A stretch of DNA of 64,000 nt from the human T2T-CHM13v2.0 reference genome, Homo sapiens: the NCBI RefSeq assembly GCF_009914755.1, contig NC_060935.1. One strand, 5' to 3'. Positions 44,721-57,080 of this stretch are shown one piece after another. Under the pieces are notes generated by a model. It did no database searches, was not told where the DNA came from, and saw only the letters and a list, made by a program, of their open reading frames with translations. Both the position numbers and the translations under genes were made by a program. Within the stretch, counting starts at the first letter, position 1. Each line of letters starts with the position of its first letter.

Positions 44721-45553
44721 GTAGTTTCAGGGTATCCCACTTGGCCCATCCTACCAGAATGGCCCCTTATTCATGGATTGTGGAATCAAATGGGAGGGTT
44801 CTGCCGGCATCTATCCAAATACACTTGCAGGGACTGGAGGAATGACCACGGGGTGGTCTACAGATCCACAGGACCCACTGCAGAACAGACTTAGACCCCA
44901 AGTCCCTTTATCACCCAGCCCCTTATTGTCAGTGCCAGTGTTAGGTCACTGCAGGTATCTACCAGTCCTTAGAAATATGGGCATTTCCCTTCCTTCCATG
45001 CAGTCACTCTAGCAAATGGCTGTAGGTCCCTTTGGGAAAGGATGGGAGGAATACAAATCTTATACCCTTGTGATGGCATCCTGTGGTCCTTCCTCAAGGG
45101 GACCCTCTTCTTCTTCTCTCAATGGATGCTCGGTCTGTGAACTGACTTAGATCTGGAGACCAGGTGAGGGTCTGATGTCATCCTTCTGCTTGCCATTTCT
45201 TGATATTTTTTCACAATTATACAAATTAAGCAACTCCCTTGCAGCTGTCCATCTGTCCCACACCATGGCTGATTAGCCATCGTCAACTATCTCTGCAGGT
45301 CTGTGTTCCCTGGTTGCTTCTCTAGCTTGCTACTCATGTTGCCTCTGGTGTTAAAGGGCCAGCACCTGGCCTCTGTTCTGCCAGAATCCTGTCCTGCCCA
45401 TTGATCACACAGAGCACAATTCTATCATCAGCCTCAGCCTACTGATGGCGGCCATTGCAGAATTTCTCAGAGATGCCTGTGCTCCCCACCCTGAACCAGG
45501 GCATCCCTTCTTGCCTTGGGGAGGAGGATCCTCTGGGTACTCCTGTAGAAAGC

Positions 45554-45976
45554 TGTATTCATTTCCCCTGGCTACTCTAACAAAGTACCATAAACTGGGT
45601 GTCTTAAAGCAAAACAAAAGAAATGTATTTTCTTTCATTTCTGAAGGCTGGAAGTCCAAAATCAAGGTGTTGGCAGAGCCATGCTCCTTCCAAAGACTCT
45701 AGGGGAGGAAGCCTCTTTGCTCTTCCAGCTTCTGGCTTGTGGCAGCACAACTCCAATCTCTGCCTCCATCTTCACATGGCTATCCTCTCTTTGTGTCTCT
45801 CTGAATGTCCTCTCCTCTTCTTAGAAGGACAGCTGTCATATTGGATTGGGGCTCACCCTAATTACCTCATCTTAACTTGATTACATCTACAAAGACTTGA
45901 CTGAGGTCACATTCACAGGCACCAGAAGTTAGGATTTCAATGTTTCTTTTGGGGGAATGCAATTCAATCCATAACA
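45554..45976 (-). mobile_element. MLT1C-like solo LTR inserted in the provirus
   Basis: tgtattcatttcccctggct...aaatcaaggtgttggcagagccatgctcc...caatccataaca. Near-TSD aaagc/atagc. Confidence 0.85.
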
Positions 45977-46493
45977 ATAGCCAGCTGGTAAGTTCCCAGG
46001 TCCTATATAGATAATCCATCCTAAAATTCCTACCTCCCTGCGTCTTCTGACCCCTTCTTCAATCCTATGCTGAGGAGGTTCTGGTATTTCTACTCATTTG
46101 CTCTAAACCATTGTCATGGCCAAGCTCTAAGATGCCATCCTATCACACTGTTCAGACCAGTTCTAGGTCCTAACACTCAATCCAAGTCAAGGGCTTACAT
46201 CAAGAGTGAGTGTCACAAATTCTCCCCCAGGCAGCCTTCTCTCCCCCACCTCCTTCCTCTATCCAACCCCGTGCAATGTTCAAGCACCAAGGCCATGGCT
46301 TTCTACCCCAAGGCCTCACTTTCTACCTGCAGCTCTTCCCAGTATTCTACAGGTGATAGCTCGGATAACCCTGATGTCATTGCATGCCAGGACTATCACC
46401 ACCCAACTTATCGCCAGGGATGGGGTTCTTCTTGCCAGAACTCCAGTGAGTAATCCAGCTCCAGAATCCCATTTTGAGGGCTGCTTGCTGGAG

Positions 46494-46508
46494 CCACTCC
46501 TGACACCA
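46494..46508 (-). other. Primer binding site, tRNA-Leu(CAG)
   Basis: Minus strand TGGTGTCAGGAGTGG, 2 nt after the LTR end (...AAGACA), complementary to the tRNA-Leu 3' end CCACUCCUGACACCA. Confidence 0.85.
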
Positions 46509-46510
46509 AC

Positions 46511-47063
46511 TGTCTTCTCTTGGGTTTTCCAGAAAGCAAAGGCTGAGGCAAAGTCCTCTGTGCTACTCCGTTATTAGGGAACACAATCCCAGGAAGGAGA
46601 GCAAGATAGGGAGGGGCAGAGCCACCACGAGGAGGGCACATTACTGAGCTGTCTGCGGCCAAGTGCAACTGATTGTTCAATCTTGCAAGATCATTTCAAG
46701 AAACTGTCTGCCTCGGAAGCATCTACCGGGAGGGAGAAAGAGGGAAGAATTTTCCATTAACTCCTATTTTCCATTAATCAAAGTTTTGTCAAACTGGTCA
46801 TTAACCCATAGCACTTTCAGGTTGTGCACATGTGGGTGCTGAGTGGGATTCTTCAATGCCTGCACTTCAAAAGGGAAGCCCAGGGATATGAGGCAAGGGG
46901 CCCATGGTGGCAGACCGTGCAGGCACGGAGCAAGGCACTAGCTGGTTGACGTGCATGAAGTTAGTTGGAGCCCATCAAGAGCCGGTAGCAGCAGATGCCC
47001 TTGAAGCTAGAGACAGACGAAGCTGAGAGGATCTAAGGGGGTGCAAAATAAGGGCTTGCTAGA
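46511..47063 (-). mobile_element. 5' LTR (LTR16 family)
   Basis: tgtcttctcttgggttttccagaaagcaaaggctgag...gctgagaggatctaagggggtgc; directly abuts the PBS. Confidence 0.8.
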
Positions 47064-47310
47064 GTGATCAGGGGATCATGGGCTCGATGGCCCAGAGGAG
47101 GGTATGTGCTCCATCCAAAGAAAGCAGCTGCACTCAGCCCCAGCCAATTGCTCGATCTTCTGATTTGTTTTCAAGAAAGCTAGTTTATTGAATTTTCTTT
47201 TGAAGTTGATAAGCAATTCAGATTTAAAACGTGATGTGGGCCAACACTGCAGGTCAAATAAAATATTTCTGAATATTGCCCACAGGGGCCCATAGGTTTG
47301 CAATTTCTGA
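47064..47310 (+). mobile_element. hAT MITE (MER102-like), right half
   Basis: gcagctgcactcagccccagccaattg...gatcttctgattt...ggtttgcaatttctg terminus. Confidence 0.55.
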
Positions 47311-47839
47311 GCTACTCATCTTATGGAACTGGGCCAGGTCGGGAAGGGGGCAGGGCCGAGCCTAACACTGGATGTTCTGACTCCAAGACCAGTGTTCTTA
47401 CCCCCATTTTTAGAAGGCTGGCCTTAGCATTCATGGCCTTAGCAAGATCTCTAGCCTGCCATGACTCAGGAATTTCCCCTCTCCAGGATCTAAGTGCACC
47501 CAGGTGAGGGCATTTCCCTCTAACTGCACCCAGGTGAGGGCACAGTCAACCCATCCCCTGCCCCATCCCTCACCCTGACAGGCTATTGGCCTCCCATGGG
47601 GGCTGGGTACTCAGGTCCCACTGATTCTCAGCCTTGTTGGCCTGGCTGATGAGGTGGAGCCAGTGGAATCCCACCACACTGCCAACCTGAGACCGGGGAC
47701 CCATCAATCCTGCTCCCCTATTGCCTAGGACACCCCCGTGATGGATGAAGGGCCTGGGCCATGAATCATCTCTCTCACCTTTTCCCATCTCCCAGCCAGC
47801 TTCCCGGAGCTGGAAAGATGAATGCCTGCAGAATCTCAC

Positions 47840-48260
47840 CTGCTCTCTTGAATAATTTCCCTTTAAAAGACGCCAGTTATCAGTAATTCGTTACTCGTCT
47901 TTGTTAGCATAAACAAGACAGAGAAGTTGGGGTGGGGGATGATGCTTCCTGCTCCTCCTCCCAGCTTCTGCCACTGCCGCTGCCTTCATCATTCCACTGT
48001 CACTCGTGCTGGCCTCCAACCTCAGTTCTGCCTTCCTGCTGTGGAGCAAAGCAAAGCAAAGCCAGGGTCTTAAGGAGAGCTGCTCCAGCTGGTGGCACCC
48101 TCTCTGGCAGATGGCATACAGCTGTTTCTGGTGACATCTGGATGAGCACAATCAGCTCCAATTGATGATTTCTTTTAATCTTGAATTAAATGTCACATGT
48201 TGTCTCTTTCTTTTACGGCCCATATACATCCCTGTCTGTGTTGTCTATAACTACAGAATA
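47840..48260. promoter_or_regulatory. Candidate conserved non-coding enhancer
   Basis: Unique block with ATAAACA, TAATT, CAATTGATGATT, AATTAAATGTCA and TTTTACGG motifs. Inference only. Confidence 0.3.
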
Positions 48261-48859
48261 AGATATCACTGGCCAGGGACCACTTCTCTGAAAGCCAATC
48301 TTGTTCCTCGCAATCTGCATTTGTTGGAATATAAAACTGGCCCCCAAGGCAGGAATGTGGAGGACCTGGAACAGCAGGGAAGACCCTGGGAAGGACAAAT
48401 GTCAGAGTCACAAAACAAGGAACATAGCCCATTCCATTACCCCTGGAGCCTTTCTTGGCAGGGGGTGTGTGCCACAGCAGGATGAGCCCTTGGAGGTGAT
48501 GGCGGTTTCTGTCAAAGGCACAGTTCCAGGATTCGGCCCTGCCGAGGTGAGAACTATCAAGAACCAAGGGAGGGAGCAAGGCCTTTTGAATGCTAAGAAC
48601 CAGGGCAAGTGGCCAGACAGGCAGAGAAGTCCCCCATCCCTCCTCTTCTGAGCAGAAGCAAAGAAAACAAGAAAAGGACAGAAATTTCAGTGTGGTTTGT
48701 CGCCTGGTTAGGGACTGTAGCTAATTTTTTTATGCCACCACCAGAAGACCAGGACGAAGTGATTTTTCTCTGGACTTCACTCCTAACTTCCAAGTTCTTT
48801 CCTCGTTTCTCATATCCAGCAATATCTCATCCTATAATGACAATGGCAGCATCGCACAT

Positions 48860-49500
48860 GTCATTCAAGGGCTTAAGTTTTATAGCTCTCCCCTCCCTCC
48901 ATCCATTCTCCAGCATCTATCTATAGGACATCACAAAACTATAAATCGGATCATGCCACCCCCTTGATTAAAAACCTTGAGTGATATCCCATTGTCTTCA
49001 AGATCAAGTTCAAAGCCCTGAACATGCCCTGTAGCGTGCCCTGGCCTCTGACCACTCTTGACCCTCATCCTGCATGCCCCCCCAATTGCTCCTGCCACGC
49101 AGCTCTTCTTTCAGCCTCTAGGGAGCCTTCTGCCTCTTCCTACCACAGGACCTTTGCACGTATTAGTCCTTCTACCTGGAATGGCCTCTCCACTCTACCG
49201 CCACCCCCAGCCTCCCATTTAGTAACTCTGTAACTCCTATTTATCTGTCAGGTCTTGACTTAAGCATTGGGTTATCCAGAAGGCCTTCCTTGCTGCCCTA
49301 GACTATATCAGACATGCCTTGTTCTCCTGCCTTTATGCTTCAGTTACCCAGTGAACTCGTAATGATTTGCCTAACATCCTTTCTCTCCACAAGACTTCAT
49401 TTCCATGAGATGAGGGGCTGTGCCCTGTCTGCTGCTACTTGCTCAGGGGCAAGTACAGAGCCTGCCACAGAGATGCCCTTTGTGGAATGAATGAATGAGG
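48860..49500 (+). mobile_element. L2 3' portion
   Basis: atcggatcatgccacc...caggacctttgcac...tgtggaatgaatgaatga tail. Confidence 0.75.
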
Positions 49501-51594
49501 GAGGGACTGCATGTGAGGGCATCCTGGCCCAACTGCTCTCTACATAGCTGGTCTCGCTGCAGACTCTCTTCACTGTCTTCAGCCTCTGTCTCTTCCTCCA
49601 CCATCAGAGATCCTTGTCCTCTGCTCAGACTCCTCAACTAAGGCCATTTCTCATCACCTTTTCTGGTCCGTGGCAGTGCAGGGTCCTTGTTCTGACCTCT
49701 AGCTCACCTCCTCTTTGGCTTCAGGGTGAAATGGGTCTCCCTGAGGCTGAGGAGCCCCAGCTGCCTGCCTTCTCCTGCAGGAGGGGCCTGACTAGAGCTC
49801 CCCAGCTGTACCGCCTCCTCCCCAGCTTCCACCTATCCTCAGGGAGGGACCTGGAGCTCACACTCCAGACCCCAATCTAAGGTCACGGTCTCATCCCAGA
49901 CCACAGTGGCATGAATAAAACAACACAGAGCATTTGCGATTCAGTGGCTGCTCTATCCTTCTGTCTCCAGCTGGCCCAAAGGGAGACCCAAAGCCAGCAT
50001 GATTTTAGGGAGGTTTGGGGGCATTTGCCACAGGATGGTGGGGTAATGACTGGGATCCTTGCTGCCAGAGGCCAGCTGTCCAGTGATGGATGTTAATATC
50101 CTCTCTCTGGGAACCCAGAAAATGGTTGTGCCATCATTTGCATATATTTGCATCTCCTACACTGCCATCTATCCCAGGGTCTGCAACCTCTGCCTGGGAG
50201 CCACGCTGGCCAGCAGGCTGGTTTTCCTTGGCAGGCAGCCTGGAAATCCTCCCACCCCAGCTGCCCTTGACATGGTGGATGCTGCGCCTGCATCCCCAAC
50301 CCTCTCAGGCCCCCCAGGATGGCAGCTCTGCTTTCTGCTCATGAATAGGCAGCCAGTCGATGACAGCTCAGCTACTTCTCACACCCGCTCCCCCACCAGG
50401 GCAGGGTGTGCAGTCAGGCTTCCCACCCACCCTCACCTCCCCTTGTCCTACCCCAAGTGGAAAGAGCTTGGTAACCTGGCGTTTGCCCACTCATTCATTC
50501 AGTAGGCTTACTGAGCACATACTAAGTGCCAGGTGCTGTGCTGGGGATTGGGTCTATAAGGAAAGCAGAGGGGCCATTCTGAGAGCTAGCCAGGGTGCCG
50601 CTCACCACGCTGGGGTCCAATAACCTGGGGCTATGTTCTTCCCATTGTCCTCGCTTTACCATCTGCCACACTGGACCTGAAGTTTCCATCCTTGGCCCTT
50701 CAAGGGCTCCGTCTTCAGCACCACTCACTGCAAGTGCCTCTCCCAGAAGGGCAAGAGCCTTCCCTATTTGGGGCACAATGTGGGTGGAGATGTGGGCCAC
50801 ACCCACAGGAGCTTCCTGGCCCTGGCCCCTGTACTTCCTCAGGGATGAAACGGGCCTTTCAACCCAGTGGGCAGGTAGGGGTCTCAATAATGGTTCTCCT
50901 TTTTTGGCATCTGGCCCCATAAACATGACAGCAGACGGGGCAGTATGGAGCTAAGAATGACAATGGCTTATGTAGATGAAGCCCACGGTTCACTGTGGGA
51001 AAGCCAAATTTCAAACTGGGCCTGTCCTGGGGATTCTTGGGGGCCTCAAGCCTCATGGTCCAGACCCTGTGAGCACAGTTGTCTTTGGCCAGTTCCCAAG
51101 AGGCCAAGGCTCCTGACAACAGTCCAAAGGCTCAAGCAGACAAGGGCGGCTTCCCCTTCCCAGTGCAGCAGAAGTGGAGACTTGGTTGACATCTTCCTTC
51201 CTGGTGGCCTCTCCTCCTCTGTTCTCTGTTTGTCTTGGTGGCTCTAAGTTCTCCAATTCCTCCAGGCTAGAAACCTCACTTTTCTAGGTCATCGCTCTCC
51301 CCGTGTGGCAACCCCAGTCCAGCCAGTTGCCGCATCCTCTTTCAGAATGCGTTTTGCAGCTGTTTCTGCTACCATCATAGATGAGCCTGGAATGATGACA
51401 CTGTTACTGCAGCCTCTTGGCCAGTCTCCCATCTTTGATCCAACTTATTCTGCTGCCAGATTAAAAGTAAAATTCCTAAAACAAAATCCCATCAATACTT
51501 TCAGTGACCCCCCTATTACCCATAGAATAGAGCCACTTCTCACTCTCGTGCCATAGTTTTTACCACAGCACCTAACACAGTGCCTACTACAGGT

Positions 51595-51845
51595 GATAAT
51601 AATGATAGCTAACATTTTTGGCATAATGACCACGTGCCCCAAACTGTTTCAAGTGTTTGATTTGTATTATTTAATCCATTCAGCAACCCTGCAAGGTAAC
51701 TACTATTACTACATTTTACAAACAAACTAAGGCACAAAATGATTAAGGAACTTGCTTAAAGTCCTACAGCTAGTAAGTGGGAGAGCTGGGATTTGAATGC
51801 TTGGGATCTGACTCAAGAGCCCACACTTTCAACCACCATGCAGAA
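51595..51845 (-). mobile_element. MIR
   Basis: ataatgatagctaacattt...aaactaaggcaca...cagctagtaagtgg...gggatttgaa. Confidence 0.8.
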
Positions 51846-52014
51846 ATATACCCCAGATGGAGAGTTAATGTATGTTGTACGTATCAATACATGCATTCAT
51901 GAACCAATAGATGAAAAGATGAGTGACTGAATTAATGAAATTACTCCACATCATAGGTCCCCAAGACAAAGGTACTGATACTTTCCAGAATAGTTTCATT
52001 GTGCCTTCTTCTGA

Positions 52015-52240
52015 GCAGAGACAGTGTAATGTAATTGTTATGGCCATGGGCTATGGTATCAGGCTTGGGTTTGAATTCTGGTGTCGCCATTTATTGGCCA
52101 TGTAGGTTTGGCAAGTTATTTGAGCTTTGCCACCTCTATTTCCACTTCTGAAAATGGGAATAATAATAGCACTGATTGTGGATCAAATGAAGTCATGGTT
52201 ATCTAGCACAAAGCACAATGCTTGGTAAATGGCGAGGGCT
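52015..52240 (+). mobile_element. MIR
   Basis: gggtttgaattctgg...ggcaagttattt...aaaatgggaataataatagcac. Confidence 0.7.
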
Positions 52241-52934
52241 CAATGCACAGCCACCACAGTTCCCATGAGAGCTGTCCTTTGTCCCCACTGTTTCCATGGT
52301 CTAAGCAACAAGGTTGAAATGTGCAAAATGTGATTTGTGCTCTGTTGGCTAAAGACAGCAGGTGTGTTGGGCAACAAGGGTGGAAAAGGAGGAAAGTGGT
52401 GGGCTCCAGGTGCAGAGAGGGGACCCAAGAAGGTCTAGAAATGGCAGAGAGGAAGCATCCACCACCCGGCGTGCACATCACACAAAGACGGTTCTGCTTC
52501 CCTCGCCTGTTTAGTATGAAACTCAGTGAGAATTGATGAAGTCATTTTTCAAGCCATAAAGCACTGCAAACACATTTGTATTATTTTTCTTCTGTGCCAT
52601 GGGTAGTTTTTTTTTTTTTTCAATTCTCAGATGTTTAGCAAACACGGGCTATCTTCCAAAAAATGTAATTTTGTGGATGGATACATTTAAAAATGGTATG
52701 CTTTGGTCAAGTCGGTAATGTCTATTTTTCTTTATTGATGACTTCTCGTTTCAGTGGGTCACTGACAAGAAAATTCACCTGGAGGCCAAATTGTCTCTAA
52801 TAACAAGTCCAAGACATGCATTCCAGCTGGAATCCTCTTCCCGGATGGTAAGTTGCCTAGGAACAAAGACTGGGTCTTCCTCATCTTTTGTTGCAGGGGC
52901 CAACAGTGCCTGGCAAGACAGGTGGACACTCGGT

Positions 52935-53095
52935 GACTGCAGACTGGATTCTGGCTCATCTGACCGGGTTCAAATCTCAGCTCTACCATTAGCTGTGTGA
53001 ACTTGGAGAAGTGATTTCATGCCTTTGAGGCTCAGTTTTCTTAATTAAAGTGGGAATAATCTTAGTAACCTATTTTATAGGGTTACTGTGAAGAT
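52935..53095 (+). mobile_element. MIR, abutting the minisatellite
   Basis: gggttcaaatctcagctctacca...ctcagttttc...atagggttactgtgaagatt. Confidence 0.75.
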
Positions 53096-53782
53096 TTCTC
53101 TCTCTTGTCTCTCCCCCACCCCTCTCTCTCTCTCATCTCTTCCCCACCCCCCTCTCTCTTGTCTCTCCCCCACCCCTCTCTCTCTCATCTCTACCCCACC
53201 CCCTCTCTCTCTTATCTCTTCCCCACCCCTCTCTCTCTCTCTCTCATCTCTCCCCCACCGCTCTCTCTCTCGTCTCTCCCCCACCCCTCTCTCTCTCATC
53301 TCTTCCCCACCCCTCTCTCTCTCGTCTCTCCCCCACCCCTCTCTCTCTCATCTCTTCCCCACCCCTCTCTCTCTCTCTCTCATCTCTCCCCTACCCCTCT
53401 CTCTCTCTCCTCTCTCCCTCATCCCTCTCTCTCTCTCTCATCTCTTCCCCACCCCCCTCTCTCTCATCTCTCCCCCACCCCTCTCTCTCTCTCGTCTCTA
53501 CCCCACCCCTCTCTCTCTCGTCTCTTCCCCACCCCTCTCTCTCTCGTCTGTCCCCCACCCCTCTCTCTCCTCTCTCGTCTCTACCCCACCCCTCTCTCTC
53601 TCGTCTCTTCCCCACCCCTCTCTCTCTCGTCTGTCCCCCACCCCTCTCTCTCCTCTCTCGACTCTACCCCACCCCTCTCTCTCTCTCGTCTCTTCCCCAC
53701 CCCTCTCTCTCTCTCTCGTCTCTCCCCCACCCCTCTCTCTCTCTTGTCTCTCCCCCACCCCTCTCCTCCCTCCCTCCCTCTC
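53096..53782. repeat. C/T-rich compound minisatellite (~25-35 bp units: tct(c)tccccacccc + (tc)n + at/gt)
   Basis: About 690 bp, almost all pyrimidine on +; more than 20 ccccaccc cores. Confidence 0.95.
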
Positions 53783-54834
53783 CATGTTGGGCCTAAACAG
53801 TCATTTCAATCATAAAACATCCCTTGTGTTCATATAGCCCTCTGCAGTCCACAAGGTGCTCTCAAATGCATTATTTCATAAATAGATACAATTATTTGTC
53901 CATTAAAAAGGTAGATTTAAATTTAAAAAATGCCTGATCTCATTTTATCAGAAATAAAGAAGCATTAGCATCCCCATCTCTCAGATGAGGAAGCTGAGCT
54001 CAAAGATTTGGCCAGGGTCATATAGCACGCAGAGCTAGGACGCAAACCAGGCTTTCTAACACCAACTCCAGATCCCTTTGAGTTAAAGGAAATCAGGCAA
54101 TAGTTCTAAAACGAATGACATTTACTCAAGCTGAGCCTAATGCAGTTCTCAGATATCCTGACCTTCAGAGGGGGAGAAATCGGTCAAGCCAGGTGGTCAG
54201 CATCAAGTGAAGCAAACAACCAGCTGAGAGACTGAATTTTTCCCTATTTCTTCAGGCTGCTGTTTGTGGCAGGAGCAGAGAATAGCAGGTGGAGACACAG
54301 GCTCAGTGTGGTGTGAATCAGGAAAGATCTGGGGGCATATCTGGGAGTGGCCTCTCTGTGAATTTGCTGCCTCCAAGTGCTGGATTCTCCAAGAGGCACC
54401 AATAAAGGCTGGGTGCACTCAGATGGACTTCTCTGTGCCAGAAGGGTACCCATGTGTAAGCATCTGTCATCACCTCAGTGGCTTTGTACAGAGATAAGAT
54501 GGTTACCATTATAATTCTTTCCACTTTTAAGATGGATAAACTGAGGCTTGAACTGTTCAAGTTCATACAGCTAGTAATGGCAGCAAGATTCAAATGTGTG
54601 GCTGTCTCACCTCAAAGTCCATTCTCTTTCCAAAAAGCCAAATGAGGTGGCAAAGGGGAATAGCAGAAGGAGATATATGGCTTTAGGGGTGGACAGTGAG
54701 GGGTTAGGAGTAGGAGGAGGAAGGCACTGGACAATGCGTTAATTTGGAGAGTCAAGTTATGTAGAAAACTATTGACATGGTGATACAAATGGCTCACTCA
54801 CCTCTTTATTTATTTTAGGTTGTGTGTTTTTAAT

Positions 54835-55396
54835 TGCAGTAGCCATCTCCAAAAATGCCATCCAGTAACCATGCCCTTGTGTGCTGCCCTTTCCATGAAT
54901 CTGAGCTAGCCCCATAATTTGCTTTTGGCCATTGGATGGTGGTGGAAGTGATGCTGTGTGACTTTTGAAGCTGAGTTACAAGCAGCCTTGGACAGTCTTT
55001 CTAGACCTCGTGGAGGGCTCACTCTGGGGGAAGCCAACCAGCATGTAAGGAGCATAACTGCCCTGAGACCGCCGTGTTGTTAGGATGCCCAGCTAGCTAT
55101 GTGGAGAAGCTGCATAGACTGAGGGAGAAGCCCAGCTAGTCCCCAGTTATTCCTGCCACCCTAACTGAGGCACCAGACCCATGAGCAAAGAAACCATCAT
55201 GGATGTCCTGTCCCATCCAGCTTCTGTGACTGTAACTGTATGAGGACCCCAATGAAAACCACACAGCTGAGCCTAGTCAACACACAGAGCTATGGAAGAT
55301 AATAGTAAATTGTTGCTTTAAGCCACTTGGTGTTTATTCGTTTGTTTGGAGGGGGTCGGGGGCAGAGAGATTATGCAGCAGTCGAAAACCAGAACA
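54835..55396 (+). mobile_element. MLT1 (F/G-like) solo LTR
   Basis: catgcccttgtgt...gaagtgatgctgtgtgactt...ctctgggggaagcca...ttgttgctttaagccact...aaccagaaca. Confidence 0.8.
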
Positions 55397-56879
55397 CTTG
55401 CATAAATCTCTATGAAGCTGGACATCTCTCTAGACCTGAAGAAGCTCCAGAATGCCCTGAGCCTGGCATGACTACAGGGCCACTCTATTCCCCCGCTGGA
55501 ATGATCCAGAGTGCCAGGAAAACAGGCCCTTCACACAAGGCCCTGAGTCTGTTTCCTGGTTCCTCCATGACTAGCTGCAAAACTTTAGACAAGCCAGTGC
55601 TCTCTCAGCCTGAATTTTCCCATCTGCAAAGTTAGGCAATAGAGTCAATGGATCATCAAAGATTCTTCTGCTTCTCTGCCTCATGAAATATCACTCTGTG
55701 CCTAAGAGATGAACACACCACCTAGAATTCCCCCTCTAGGCGTGCCCTTTCTCGGTTCACTCACATGATAGGCATAAAGGCACAAGGAGAAAGGAGCTCA
55801 TCTGCGCTGTTTCTGGGCTTCAGGAATCTCCAGTCACCAAGTGAGGCTGTGGGAGGGCCAGACATGCCAGCCAGTACCCAGGTTCCCAGCTCCATGCCCC
55901 TCCTCAGCCTCCCTTGAGTTTTTCAGTGCTAAAGAGGGAGCACCTGCTCCAAGGCCCAGGTAGTTCTGGAATCCCAGCTCTACCTGAGAAGAGGAAGTTC
56001 CTGCCTGCCAAAGAAGAGGGGCCTCCTGAGAGGAGTAGGCTTCTCGGTGGCTGCAAAGCGTCTGGTGACAATATTTGTGTCTAAAAATACAGCAGCTGAG
56101 AACCAGCTAATTGCAGCCTCTGGAGTCATTCATAGCTCAGCGTTTCACACCACACTTGCACCTCTTCCAGTGTTTCTCAGGAGCTGCCACGAAGGAGGCC
56201 ACTTATGGGTGGAAACCCAGCCAGGAGGGCCCAGGATTGGGCCTAAGGTCCAGGGCATCCTTTCACCCAAGAGCCCAGCCTGGTACCAGTATGTAGCTGG
56301 CACCTAGGAATAGAGCAAAGAGAGCAAGTTTCTCAAGTCAGCTGAATCCCCCCCCCTCTACTCAGATGCCCTTGGCCACTTGCCCATCAGGATCCATTCA
56401 GACCTGTTGGGGCCCCTCAAAAGGCAATGGCCCAGGTATAACTTCATGAGTGAGATGTACTCGAAGAGATGCACAAGGTCCAGGAATTACCTTGCTGGAG
56501 ACGGCCTTCTGTCCTGGACCTGCAGCCGGCAGGGTGCTAACCTTTGAGCTAGGACCTCTGCTGGACTGGGTCATGGGCTAAGCAGGGGTTGGGACCCCAT
56601 AGCTCCCTGCTGTGGATCCTCCTTTCTTTCAGAGCTTCTCAGATGGCTCCTGTCTCGTCTACCAGGATAAAGGGCATGACTCAAGGTCACAGGATGTGAC
56701 GATCTGAGAACTTCAGCCACAGCCTCTCTGGTGCCCCACACTGCCTGAACACACAGTGGACGAAGGTCATGGCAAAAGTAGAAGGAACCCTGCGTGGGGA
56801 ATGTGTTTGCCTCAGGCTTTAGGAGAAGGAATTTTTTTTTTCTTAATCAGGGAGGCATTTTAAAAGCACAAAGCCAAAC

Positions 56880-57080
56880 TAACATTTGTGTAGTATTTTT
56901 CACTTGGCAAAATGCTGTCACACACCTAGTGCTGGGTGGTTCCCATGTTAATTAGATGAGGTGGTTATTATTATGGCGTCCACTTTATGGGTAATTAAAC
57001 TGAGGATCAGAGGGGCTGAGTCATTTCCCCAGGGTCACCAAAGTCATGACCAGCCTTGAACTCAAGTCAGGAGCCCTCCT
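56880..57080 (-). mobile_element. MIR
   Basis: aaactgaggatcagagggg...cccagggtcac. Confidence 0.6.

Larger units (their letters stand above)
40397..47063 (-). mobile_element. Near full-length ancient ERVL-class provirus (HERV16/ERV3-16A3-like)
   Basis: Two homologous LTRs in the same orientation, tRNA-Leu PBS, PPT, and RT, integrase and dUTPase remnants in ERVL order. Confidence 0.88.

Noticed and set aside
50714-50740. TTCAGCACC REST left half-site
   Set aside because: No GGACAG right half at a suitable spacing.
53075-53837. Longest ORFs (249 aa, 236 aa; Ser/Leu/Pro- or Arg/Glu/Gly-rich)
   Set aside because: Artefacts of a stop-free C/T minisatellite.
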